The translations under genes and the position numbers were made by a program. This document shows, in pieces, positions 29,636-39,084 of a stretch of 64,000 bases of DNA (within the stretch, counting starts at the first letter, position 1; every line of letters begins with the position of its first letter). The notes under the pieces were generated by a model. That model was not told the origin of the DNA, made no database searches, and saw only the letters and a program-made list of their open reading frames with translations. Origin of the DNA: Patescibacteria group bacterium (lineage in GTDB: Bacteria; Patescibacteriota; Dojkabacteria; J137); the NCBI GenBank assembly GCA_016861265.1, contig BOLA01000001.1, positions 1,023,745 through 1,087,744 on the forward strand, written 5' to 3'.

Positions 29636-30825
29636 ATATTAATCAAATAATTAGCATGTATTTGCTCTTTTCACTCATTAGGTGTGTTTATACTATATGT
29701 GTTGGATTCTTATATGTGCATAGACCACTTAAGCAATCAAGTAATTATTCCCCATTCGTAAGCATTGTAGTACCTGCTTGGAACGAGTCGGTAGGGCTTG
29801 GAAAAACTATCGAATCTATTATAAATAGCAATTATAAGAATTTGGAAGTTATTATAGTTAATGATGGCTCAACAGATAATACTAATGAAGTTGCCTTAGG
29901 TTACACTCAGAATTTCTCGAATGTTAGGTTAATTGATAAGGAAAATGGTGGAAAGTCATCTGCCCTTAACTTAGGTATTAAAAATTCATACGGCGAGATT
30001 ATTATTACGATAGATGCAGATTCATATATTTACCCAGATGCAATAAGCTACTTGATTTCTTCCCTTGAAAATCAGGAAATTGATGGAGCAATTGGTAAAA
30101 TAGTTGTAGGTAATAGAAACAATTTTATCGGAGTGATCCAATATTTTGAATATCTTTTCGGATTTCACAGTAAGAAAAGTCAAGAAATTCTTAATTCGAT
30201 TTATATTTTACCCGGAGCCCTTACAGCATTAAGGAAGAATGCAATAGAATCAGTTGGTTATTTTGAAGATTATTCAAAGACAGAAGATTTTGATATCTCT
30301 ATTAAGCTGAAAAGTGAAGGACATAAAATAACTTATGTTGATGATGCCATTTGTATAACTGAGGGTGCTTCGGACTTTAAAGGATTGCTAAATCAGAGAA
30401 CTAGATGGAGACATGGTTTTCTACAATGCATTATCCATAGAAAGGAGTTTTTGGTTCAAACAAAAAAGGGGTACTATCTCACATTTGTAGAACTACCTTT
30501 TGCACTTCTAGGAATAATTGATATTCTGCTATATCCTTTATTACTAGGGTTTATTATTTTCAGTATTCTAACTATTTCAAGTTCAGCCATATTTGTTCTT
30601 TCATACCTCGTACTTCCATATAGTTATTTACTTTTAATGGATAAGGATTTATTAAAGAATCTTAGACTGCTTAAATATTTTGCCTTAATCCCAATATTAT
30701 TTAGTATTGTCAATGCGATCGAGTTTGTTGCACTTATCAAATCACTTTATAGAATAGTTACAAAGAAGCAAACAAATTGGACTAATTGGGTAAGAACTGG
30801 AATCGACCTGAAACCTGAAAGATAA
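29632..30825 (+). CDS. Processive membrane GT2 (PgaC/IcaA-like)
   Basis: VPAWNE, NDGSTD, IDAD, TED and QRTRW (D,D,D,QxxRW), plus TM helices. Confidence 0.9.
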   Translation: MNINQIISMYLLFSLIRCVYTICVGFLYVHRPLKQSSNYSPFVSIVVPAWNESVGLGKTIESIINSNYKNLEVIIVNDGSTDNTNEVALGYTQNFSNVRLIDKENGGKSSALNLGIKNSYGEIIITIDADSYIYPDAISYLISSLENQEIDGAIGKIVVGNRNNFIGVIQYFEYLFGFHSKKSQEILNSIYILPGALTALRKNAIESVGYFEDYSKTEDFDISIKLKSEGHKITYVDDAICITEGASDFKGLLNQRTRWRHGFLQCIIHRKEFLVQTKKGYYLTFVELPFALLGIIDILLYPLLLGFIIFSILTISSSAIFVLSYLVLPYSYLLLMDKDLLKNLRLLKYFALIPILFSIVNAIEFVALIKSLYRIVTKKQTNWTNWVRTGIDLKPER

Positions 30826-30858
30826 TTGAAAGTTCATTTATCATTGGGTTGAGTTAGG

Positions 30859-31341
30859 TTAATCTAATCCTTCATTCACTCTAACCACAAACTCCCTCTG
30901 CGTCTCGTTAATTTTTTCCAAAGCTTCTCCCACACTAAAAAATACACCCTTATCTATTTCTGGAGCCTGGAATTGTTTAATGCCTAGGTTAATTGTAATC
31001 TTATTAGACTTCTCTTTCAGGTCTGCAAACCCATTTGAGTCTACAATTTCTGGTAATTCATATTCTAATGCCCACGCAAATACTTGTTTCCCATTCTTTT
31101 GAATAACACTTCCGAGTTCAATCATTTTATTTCTATAATTTGAAATATCAACTGAAGTCTCTTCATTGAACTCTCTAATGGCACAATCAACCTTCTCTTC
31201 GTTTTTATTTAATTCACCCTTTGGAATACTCCAGTATCCATTATCTTTTTTTGCAAAAAAAGGGCCTCCCGGATGCACCAAGAATACTTGCAATTCATTG
31301 TTTTGTACCCTATAAACTAATACACCACAGCTAATTTTCAT
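30859..31341 (-). CDS. NUDIX hydrolase
   Basis: LVHPGGP and WSIPKGE...AIREFNEETS Nudix box. Confidence 0.92.
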   Translation of the reverse strand: MKISCGVLVYRVQNNELQVFLVHPGGPFFAKKDNGYWSIPKGELNKNEEKVDCAIREFNEETSVDISNYRNKMIELGSVIQKNGKQVFAWALEYELPEIVDSNGFADLKEKSNKITINLGIKQFQAPEIDKGVFFSVGEALEKINETQREFVVRVNEGLD

Positions 31342-31351
31342 AAAATTATTC

Positions 31352-31380
31352 TTGCCTAAAGAAATATATACGTCTATACT
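31352..31380 (+). promoter_or_regulatory. Sigma70-type promoter upstream of the uORF and nuclease-like gene pair
   Basis: TTGCCT-17-TATACT. Confidence 0.55.
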
Positions 31381-31578
31381 TTAATTTGTTTCTACAGTTA
31401 TGGCAAATCAAGTACTCTTGGCTAAGCGAGAGTTGGCTTATGGCCGTCTATTTGGTAAATACTTTTTATGGGTAAATGCATTTGAAAATCCTAAGTAAGC
31501 TACTTAGGAATTCTGCCCCATCTTCACCCCAATTCGTTTTTGAAATTAAACACACCCTACTTCTTATAAATTATTTAT

Positions 31579-33219
31579 ATGAGTAGACGTAATAAGATTT
31601 CTCCAAATCAAAGGCGCTTGTTCAGCATAGATGATAGCGATAATGTTACATATTTTTTGAACGGTTATCCTCAAACTCTGGAGCAACTTCAGCAAGGTGG
31701 GGATTTTGAAGATATTGATATATTTCTACAAGATACTTCATTAGATTTATTAGGCTATACGGATCAAATAGAAGCCATCCACGAAATTGCAAACCCTGAA
31801 AAAAAAGACGATAACACAGTGCAGTTGTCAATTTCGGATCTGGAAAAAATTAGGCGTATATTAACTGCAATTCCGCAGTTTAGAGATTTGGCAGCAGAAA
31901 AAAACGACGATATAGAATCAATTGAATTCCTAGCCGAAGCTGTGCAAACTATAGACTTTATGAGTCTGCCTCATTTTGATATCGATATGTCAATTTTCGA
32001 TGTGTTGGTTAAGAATAATCCTGAATATAGGGAATTTGTATTCGGAACACTAATGAGCCTTGTTAATGATATAGGCAGAAGTAATAAATTCCCTACCAGA
32101 AGGTATTTATCCAGGGTGTTTATTGACTTTACTGATAGTGAACTTGAAAAAGTTTATCAATTACTTAAAAGATTTTTAAGTATGTTAAATGCATGGGGGG
32201 GTATTCAAATACATTATTTTGAACAAACCGTAAGAGATTGGATGTATATAGTTTATGAACGCGGCGGGAATATGGATGTTGAGCAAATCTACAAATACTT
32301 GCAAACAAGGTATGCATGCAAGCCAGATTTTGAATTAAAGTATGTAGCAAATATGATTGCTAATTCAATATCATTTAATACAAACTTAGATGAGTTTGTG
32401 GATGAATTTATAAGATATATACATTGTTTTTCACCAGAAAAAAATATTTTCTTAACCCAAGAAGAAGTTTTCAGGTTGTGGACAAGTGAATTTCTAGTGC
32501 AAAGAATTAAGGATGCTGCACAAAAATGGAAGCATCGTATGTATGAATCAAGAGTTACAAGTCCAGAAGACGATTTAGAGGCGTATTTCGGAATTAGTAG
32601 AAGATTGTCTACAAGAGTTATGCAGAATCAACTGCCGCCAGAGGTCTGTTCAGAAGATTGCTTGAATGAATCGGTTATTAAACTAAAGATGTACTTTCCG
32701 GAGGGACATAGAACGCTTATCGAGGCAAGGCTCGATAGATTTATTAGAGTGAATGGTAGGGCTGAAATTTATGATTGGAAAACTAGGAAAAAGCAGATAG
32801 ATGAAATGAATGATTTTGAGAAGCTTCAAATTGTTTTGCAATGTATAGCACTACAAAATGTATTGGTGAGAACCTCGGAAGGTTCTATTTATACTCCTAT
32901 GGTTAATCAAGATTACAAGTTTTTTATTCAATCCACAAATCTAGAGTGGGTAAATTTACAAAGCCTGCCCAGTTTTTCACACATACCTGAGCAATCTGAA
33001 GGTCTATATGATTATGTTCAATTAAATATTGGTGAACAAGAGGCTCTTAGACTATTACAGAGTTTTTCTAGAATAGTTCATTTTTTAATTTGTAATAAAA
33101 AACAATTTGCAAGAATACGCCGTCACTTGAAAAATGTTGATAGTTACATTCCTGCTCCAAGGATCTTGGCACCGATATATGTTGAACAGAAAAATGTATT
33201 GGAACCGGTCGAAGCTTAA
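31579..33219 (+). CDS. Hypothetical protein with a C-terminal PD-(D/E)XK nuclease-like motif
   Basis: NESV...IEARLDRFIRVNGRAEIYDWKT...KLQIV resembles the RecB/AddB-type nuclease core. Confidence 0.6.
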   Translation: MSRRNKISPNQRRLFSIDDSDNVTYFLNGYPQTLEQLQQGGDFEDIDIFLQDTSLDLLGYTDQIEAIHEIANPEKKDDNTVQLSISDLEKIRRILTAIPQFRDLAAEKNDDIESIEFLAEAVQTIDFMSLPHFDIDMSIFDVLVKNNPEYREFVFGTLMSLVNDIGRSNKFPTRRYLSRVFIDFTDSELEKVYQLLKRFLSMLNAWGGIQIHYFEQTVRDWMYIVYERGGNMDVEQIYKYLQTRYACKPDFELKYVANMIANSISFNTNLDEFVDEFIRYIHCFSPEKNIFLTQEEVFRLWTSEFLVQRIKDAAQKWKHRMYESRVTSPEDDLEAYFGISRRLSTRVMQNQLPPEVCSEDCLNESVIKLKMYFPEGHRTLIEARLDRFIRVNGRAEIYDWKTRKKQIDEMNDFEKLQIVLQCIALQNVLVRTSEGSIYTPMVNQDYKFFIQSTNLEWVNLQSLPSFSHIPEQSEGLYDYVQLNIGEQEALRLLQSFSRIVHFLICNKKQFARIRRHLKNVDSYIPAPRILAPIYVEQKNVLEPVEA

Positions 33220-33240
33220 TATAATTTTAATATATGCAAT

Positions 33241-33627
33241 ATGTCTTACTCCATTCTAAGTAGAAGAAGATTACATGAATTTGCTGAAGAGAGATCACAA
33301 CTTAGTGAGCTTGATACAAGACCACTACGATGCTCACATAACACTCATCTAAAGGGCTTAAAAGAATACGATGACACTGCATTCGGGCTACTGGTAACCG
33401 ATATTGAACACTATGCTTATCACTTAATCTTTAGAAAGGAACCTTACGTTATTGAGGTCCTAGGCTTAACTTATGAACAAAATTTATGGAGTCTAAACGA
33501 GATGTGGAAACAAATTATGTGGATCTCAGATAGTTTATGTTTAACTAAGGAGCAGGTACTGGAACAGGTAGAGAAAGCTAAGTTATATTGGTATGCAATG
33601 TTAGCAATTGATCCTATTGAGGCTTAA
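33241..33627 (+). CDS. Small His-rich protein, possible degenerate HNH
   Basis: PLRCSHNTH...YDDTAFGLLVTDIEHYAYH spacing is HNH-like. Confidence 0.5.
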   Translation: MSYSILSRRRLHEFAEERSQLSELDTRPLRCSHNTHLKGLKEYDDTAFGLLVTDIEHYAYHLIFRKEPYVIEVLGLTYEQNLWSLNEMWKQIMWISDSLCLTKEQVLEQVEKAKLYWYAMLAIDPIEA

Positions 33628-36600
33628 TTTCCTCCTCAATTTCGTTGAAGGTCTTACAGTATAGACATTCCTTACATGTTGGGTATTGCTCACTTCCAAA
33701 ATCCAAATTTCTTATTCTTGTTATAACATCTTTTATTTTCTCTTTTAAATCTGCAATATCTTCCGGAGTAATCTTAAATGATACACTTTTAAATTCTCCA
33801 TTGACTGCCGGCTTTAAATACTGAACAGTACTTTCAATTACTTTATAGTTGAGCATTGAATTAAATGGTTTAAAATTCTTATCCAAATCGGCAATTAATT
33901 TATAAAAAACTAATTGTCTAAATGTATCTCCCGTTGCGTTCTTATTCTCTCCCATTATTTCTTTCACTGATTTTGGTTTTGAAGTTTTATAGTCCACAAC
34001 TCTAACTTCGCCCCGAGTCTTATCTATCCACTCTATTCTATCTATCTTCCCACTTAATTTTAGTGGTTTAGTATTTTCATCCTCAAAATCCAATATTACA
34101 TTTTTGTTATTAAAACTATACTCAACATCCGCAGGTATACTAAACTCACCGTTGTAAAATTTATAATAGTCTTCAAGAATTTCTATGCCTTCCTCAAGTA
34201 TTACCTTATAATCATCAGGATCAATAATTTGTCTTTCTAAATTTGATATAAACATTTGAGTTAGGAACTCTAGATCTTTAGTCGTACCTTTAATTTGATT
34301 TCTTGCATATTGTTCTAAAGCATAGTGAATTGCAGTTCCTAATATTAAACTATTGTTTTTAGAATGGGGGGCATTTAGTAAATCCTCGAATTTAAATCTT
34401 AATGGGCAGTCAATGTACTTATTTAGTGAGGTAGCACTCAAGGAAAATCTATCTATCACCGAATTTAGGTACTCCTGCTCGGTGACTGAATACGGAGAAA
34501 AGCTATTGAATTTAAGCTTATTTAAGGCCTTTTGTTTATCAAATATATTTTCAGTTACCGCATTGACTTCTAGTAATTTATCTTGAAGTTCATTTATGAA
34601 CAAACTCGGTACTGTGGTCTTAACATTGTTGCCTTGAGGGTATTCTTTGGCATAGGTAATAAATAACTTTTCCTTTGCTCTTGTTAAGGCTACAAAGAAT
34701 AAACGTCTTTCGTCTTCGAGCTTATCCATTTTCAGACTTTCCGTGTCCTGTTCTCCCGTAAGATTATATATTTCGTCGGGCAGCGTGATTAATGAGCTAA
34801 CTTTTTTATTTCCCCACTTCTTATCCACACACTTTATTATGAATACATACTTATATTCTAATCCCTTTGACTTATGGGCCGTCATTAGGTTAACACCTTC
34901 TTTGTTTACCGAAACTTCAGTTTCTTGAATAGAAATAAAGTTATCTTCGAGTAATTTTAAATCTAATAGAAACTCCTCTAGCGATAGTTCTTTATTTGTT
35001 TGATTTATGCTTTTAACATACTCAAAAAAGGATTGAATCGAATTTATATTTTCAACATTATTTTGGATAAAGTAATGGTCCAAATAACCTGTTAAATCCA
35101 TTACCTTTTTAATAAAGTTGAGGAACATGTGATTAACTGAATCGCCCTTGAACTCCAATAACATTTCAGCAATATTATTAATTTTTTCTATTTCGGTAAT
35201 TCCGTTTAGTTGCAATTGCTCTTTATCCAGCATTAACTCAAATATACTTAGTCTTTTGTCATGGGCTATTTTTGTTAATTTAAAGCAATCGAGTCTTGAA
35301 ATCTTGAAAAATGGGTAGAAAATAATCTTAAAAATAATAGAGTCTCTATCTTTATCGGTGTAGCTAATTGCTTTTAGCAAGTTTATAAGCTGGATTACTG
35401 GTAATTGATTTAAAGAATTCTTCCCGGCAGCTAGTCTTACAGGTATATTGTTGTTTATTAAATCTAAGGCTATGTCCTCTCCATCCGAATGTTCTTTATA
35501 GAATATTGCAATATCAGAGTATTTAACTCCATTTGTTTCTAATTCTTTTATCTTATTAACTACGAAATTATTTTCTGCATCCTGGTTATTAAACTCAAAG
35601 ACTTCAGTTGGATGGTTAGGTATATTTAGACCCGCTTTTAGGTTCTTATTCAGACCCTCTATAAGTTTATTTAATCTTGCCTGATTATGGTCTACCAGTT
35701 TAGAAGATAAGTCTAAAATGTGTTGTGAAGATCGATAATTAATTGTGAGGCTAATAGTCTTTACGTCTTCAAATTGTTTTTTAAAGAAAAGTAAATTTTC
35801 GACGTTAGCTCCTTGAAATCTAAATATTGCTTGGTCGTCATCACCTACAGCAAATATATTGGGTCTTGTATCAAAGGAACCAAGAACCTTTAGAATTTCG
35901 TTTTGGGCACCATTAGTATCTTGATATTCATCTACAAGTATATATAAGTATTTTTCTTGAAGGCTAGCTAATAATTCGTCATCGGATTTTAGCTTGTCTA
36001 TTACAAATAGAATCATATCCTCGTAATCATAGAAGCCTTCCTCTGAAAGTGCATCGGTATACAACTGATATATTTCTGCCAACTCAAGATTCTTTGTGTA
36101 TTTATTTACTTTATCGGTATATTTACCTAACGGTTTACCGGTTTTCTTATTTAGTTCCGGATTTGCCTTTAACTCTTCTAGGACTTCTTCACAGATAGCT
36201 TTTAGTTCACTGGCTTTCTTGCCTTCTCTTTTGAGTGTTTGTATGCTGTCCAGAATGCTTTTTTGGTAGTAATACTTATCTCCGAAGGTAACTAACGAAG
36301 ACTTTCCGGTTTCTGCAACCTTATCAATAATTGATCGTATAATTTTAATTTTATTTAAATCGTCCAGTTGCTTAAGTTCTTTTTTGAATACAAATTTTTC
36401 GGGATTACTTTGAATTACATCGTTACAGAAGCTATGGAAAGTAAAGATTTTTACATACAGAGCGTCGTTACCTATAAGACCTAATAGTCTATTTCGCATA
36501 GCGTTTACACCAGAATCGGTGAAGGTTAGGCACAATATATTCTGTGATGATGCGTCTGTTTTGCTAAGTATATTGGCTATTCTATAGCTTAGAACCTGAG

Positions 36601-36712
36601 TCTTACCTGTTCCAGGCCCTGCTATAACTAAAACTGGTCCATCTATAGTGTTTACAGCTTCCTGCTGAGAAGGGTTCAGTCCTTTAATTTGTTCGTCAAG
36701 ATTAATCTTCAT
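33614..36712 (-). CDS. UvrD/PcrA-family helicase fused to a C-terminal PD-(D/E)XK nuclease
   Basis: AGPGTGKT, VDEYQD, GDDDQAIFRFQGA, HKSKGLE, ERRLFFVALTRA; then SATSLNKYIDCP, GKIDR, VVDYKT and CKECLYC. Confidence 0.93.
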   Translation of the reverse strand: MKINLDEQIKGLNPSQQEAVNTIDGPVLVIAGPGTGKTQVLSYRIANILSKTDASSQNILCLTFTDSGVNAMRNRLLGLIGNDALYVKIFTFHSFCNDVIQSNPEKFVFKKELKQLDDLNKIKIIRSIIDKVAETGKSSLVTFGDKYYYQKSILDSIQTLKREGKKASELKAICEEVLEELKANPELNKKTGKPLGKYTDKVNKYTKNLELAEIYQLYTDALSEEGFYDYEDMILFVIDKLKSDDELLASLQEKYLYILVDEYQDTNGAQNEILKVLGSFDTRPNIFAVGDDDQAIFRFQGANVENLLFFKKQFEDVKTISLTINYRSSQHILDLSSKLVDHNQARLNKLIEGLNKNLKAGLNIPNHPTEVFEFNNQDAENNFVVNKIKELETNGVKYSDIAIFYKEHSDGEDIALDLINNNIPVRLAAGKNSLNQLPVIQLINLLKAISYTDKDRDSIIFKIIFYPFFKISRLDCFKLTKIAHDKRLSIFELMLDKEQLQLNGITEIEKINNIAEMLLEFKGDSVNHMFLNFIKKVMDLTGYLDHYFIQNNVENINSIQSFFEYVKSINQTNKELSLEEFLLDLKLLEDNFISIQETEVSVNKEGVNLMTAHKSKGLEYKYVFIIKCVDKKWGNKKVSSLITLPDEIYNLTGEQDTESLKMDKLEDERRLFFVALTRAKEKLFITYAKEYPQGNNVKTTVPSLFINELQDKLLEVNAVTENIFDKQKALNKLKFNSFSPYSVTEQEYLNSVIDRFSLSATSLNKYIDCPLRFKFEDLLNAPHSKNNSLILGTAIHYALEQYARNQIKGTTKDLEFLTQMFISNLERQIIDPDDYKVILEEGIEILEDYYKFYNGEFSIPADVEYSFNNKNVILDFEDENTKPLKLSGKIDRIEWIDKTRGEVRVVDYKTSKPKSVKEIMGENKNATGDTFRQLVFYKLIADLDKNFKPFNSMLNYKVIESTVQYLKPAVNGEFKSVSFKITPEDIADLKEKIKDVITRIRNLDFGSEQYPTCKECLYCKTFNEIEEEIKPQ

Positions 36713-36800
36713 ACACTAAGAGGTTACCACTAGTATACCCTTTATTTGAAGCAAAATTTTTGGTGGAGTTGTTTACTCCACCACTAGGGATATGTAGGAC

Positions 36801-37028
36801 CTATTCCAAGTCTTCTTCCGTTTTGGTTGATGACTTGGGTGTTTCTGATCTATCCATAACATGAGTAATGAATTGCTCTTGCAGGTATCGATTATCGCGT
36901 TTAATATCTTCCTTTAGTATTTCTAGCTCTAACCATCTTTGGAAGGGAGCTAGTAATACATCGAAGATAAAATCAATAAACTTAGCCCACAAGTACCCAG
37001 GTATCTTGAGCATCATTATACCTTTCAT
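36801..37028 (-). CDS. Small hypothetical protein
   Basis: 75-aa ORF filling an intergenic gap. Confidence 0.5.
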   Translation of the reverse strand: MKGIMMLKIPGYLWAKFIDFIFDVLLAPFQRWLELEILKEDIKRDNRYLQEQFITHVMDRSETPKSSTKTEEDLE

Positions 37029-37135
37029 ATCTCGCTATATATTTTGATTATATATCTCTTTGTCATTTTCTGTCAAAGCTTAAACTGTGATTGAATTACT
37101 AGCAACTTGATTAATCAATTGATACAATATTTATT

Positions 37136-38863
37136 ATGAGATTTAATGCATCGGCAAAAGAGGTTAAGGCATTTATTCTACTATTAATATTAATGATTGT
37201 AGTTGGATTTATTAATGGCGTACCCTTTGTTTTCGGCGATGCTTACGGTTACTTTCATGTCGCAAAATCTTCAATTGACAATGGCTATTACCCCTCATCT
37301 CAACAACCGGAATACTTTGATTATACGGGACATGCAGTAGTTGAATCCAATGAGAAATACATAACTCCATATAGTGTTGGGCAAACAATTTTATATTTCC
37401 CCTTCTTAACAACGTCGATGTTATTTAGTAAGGGAACAATATATACAGATTATTACAAGGCATTTAATGGTCATTCATTTGCTGATGGCATGGCAATTCT
37501 TGCAGCTGCAATGTTCTTTGCATATCTAGGAATAATTTTCTGTTATTTATTTCTTAAACAGTTGGGTTTTACAAAAAAGGTATCATTTTATTCCTCACTA
37601 GCAATGTTTATTGGAGTTTACTTAACATCGTATACCTTTGAACAACCTGGTTATAGTCATGTCTATGAGTTCTTTTCTTATTCAGCATTCTTGTATTTCT
37701 TTATAAAATTTTTCTTTGAGAGAAGTTCTAAATATTTATATATTGCTACAATTTTTGCGGGACTTTTAGTGTTAATTAGAATAGTCGATTCTGTGTTGTT
37801 AATCCCTCCATTTTTATTTGTGCTTTATAAAATGCGTAGCAAGAAGCTTCTACTGACTACTAGTCTTATTGTGGCTGTATTTGGAATCTTCTTTTTACTG
37901 TACAACTATATATCTTATGAAAATCCGTTAACTGTTGGTTATTCTACAAATGGGCAGAATGGGTTTAATTTTGGACTAAATATTATAAATTTGCTATTTA
38001 GTGATACACGAGGCTTGCTTGTCTGGTCGCCAATAGTATTTGTTGCACTAATTGGCATAGCGCTGTATGCAAGAAAATCAAAAATTGCGTTAGTCTTCTT
38101 CCTTATACCAGCACTTTTTCTAATGGTTGTTTATAACTTTTGGGGAAACTGGTGGGGAGGAGTTTCTACTGGACAAAGATTTTTAACTGTACTAGCACCA
38201 ATTTTTGCTCTAGGAATTGCATATTTCTACAATCAGATTAAATTTAAGAGACTTACCAAGTTTGGTCTTCTCGTACTTGTTCTATTTTCAACTGTTACAG
38301 CAATATTTTACAGATTAACTCCAGTATTAAGAGTTAGTTCAGAGTTTAGAAATGACCAGTATGCGTTAACGACACCCGTAACGGAAGACTACAGACTAAC
38401 CGATTTATTTAAATACCACATTAACTTAATTTCGAATAAAAAAAGTCTTAGTGGTTATTTAAATCAGCTTAAAGATAGCTTTAATGGAGGTAGAAGTATT
38501 CTTTTGCTTGCCTTGGGGCAAACCGATCCACTTGTTAGGATTAACCAGGTTGAGGATTTAAAATACAAGGTTTACTTTATACCAAATAATATCAATAAGA
38601 ATATAAAGGCTAATTTAATATTAAGCATAAATTACAAGGATTTATACAAGTCATTTTTAGTATCTGGGGTTGATATGCATAAGGCTGAAAGTGCATTCAT
38701 TACCTGCACCAAATCATTAGACTGCAGCTCCACTGAAATTAATCTAATTCCAATTCTCGCGGATAAATCAAAAGAAAACTTTGCCAGAGTAAGCAATAAT
38801 TCAAAAATCTCTGTGTATGGTGAAAATGTAAGGGTTAACTATGTAAATCTTAAACTTAAATAA
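37136..38863 (+). CDS. Polytopic membrane protein, GT-C (PMT/ArnT-like) glycosyltransferase
   Basis: GDAYGY acidic first loop, many TM helices, LFSDTRGLLVWSP, WWGG...GQRFL. Confidence 0.65.
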   Translation: MRFNASAKEVKAFILLLILMIVVGFINGVPFVFGDAYGYFHVAKSSIDNGYYPSSQQPEYFDYTGHAVVESNEKYITPYSVGQTILYFPFLTTSMLFSKGTIYTDYYKAFNGHSFADGMAILAAAMFFAYLGIIFCYLFLKQLGFTKKVSFYSSLAMFIGVYLTSYTFEQPGYSHVYEFFSYSAFLYFFIKFFFERSSKYLYIATIFAGLLVLIRIVDSVLLIPPFLFVLYKMRSKKLLLTTSLIVAVFGIFFLLYNYISYENPLTVGYSTNGQNGFNFGLNIINLLFSDTRGLLVWSPIVFVALIGIALYARKSKIALVFFLIPALFLMVVYNFWGNWWGGVSTGQRFLTVLAPIFALGIAYFYNQIKFKRLTKFGLLVLVLFSTVTAIFYRLTPVLRVSSEFRNDQYALTTPVTEDYRLTDLFKYHINLISNKKSLSGYLNQLKDSFNGGRSILLLALGQTDPLVRINQVEDLKYKVYFIPNNINKNIKANLILSINYKDLYKSFLVSGVDMHKAESAFITCTKSLDCSSTEINLIPILADKSKENFARVSNNSKISVYGENVRVNYVNLKLK

Positions 38864-38935
38864 GCCGACAACAGGAATCGAACCTGCAACCTACGGTTTA
38901 CGATACCGTTGCTCTACCAATTGAGCTACATCGGC
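38863..38935 (-). tRNA. tRNA-Thr(CGT), CCA not encoded
   Basis: GCCGATG acceptor stem, ACGGT-ATCGTAA-ACCGT anticodon arm, GGTTCGATTCC. Confidence 0.95.
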
Positions 38936-39014
38936 GTACCAGAATCATACCACTTTTTAAAAATTTTTAAGATAGGTATACTAAGCTAATCACAAGATTG
39001 TATAAATTATTTCT

Positions 39015-39044
39015 TTGACAATATTGTTATAAAGACTGTATTAT
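39015..39044 (+). promoter_or_regulatory. Promoter of the Fic-like/secDF region with an overlapping palindrome
   Basis: TTGACA-18-TATTAT, with ACAATATTGT at 39018-39027. Confidence 0.45.
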
Positions 39045-39084
39045 TTTCGTATCAACTATGCAAAAATTTTAAAAAATTTCACTT

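Noticed and set aside
36761-36783. Hairpin TGGTGGAGT-TGTTT-ACTCCACCA as a terminator
   Set aside because: No U tract directly follows it in the direction of the flanking minus-strand genes; function unclear.
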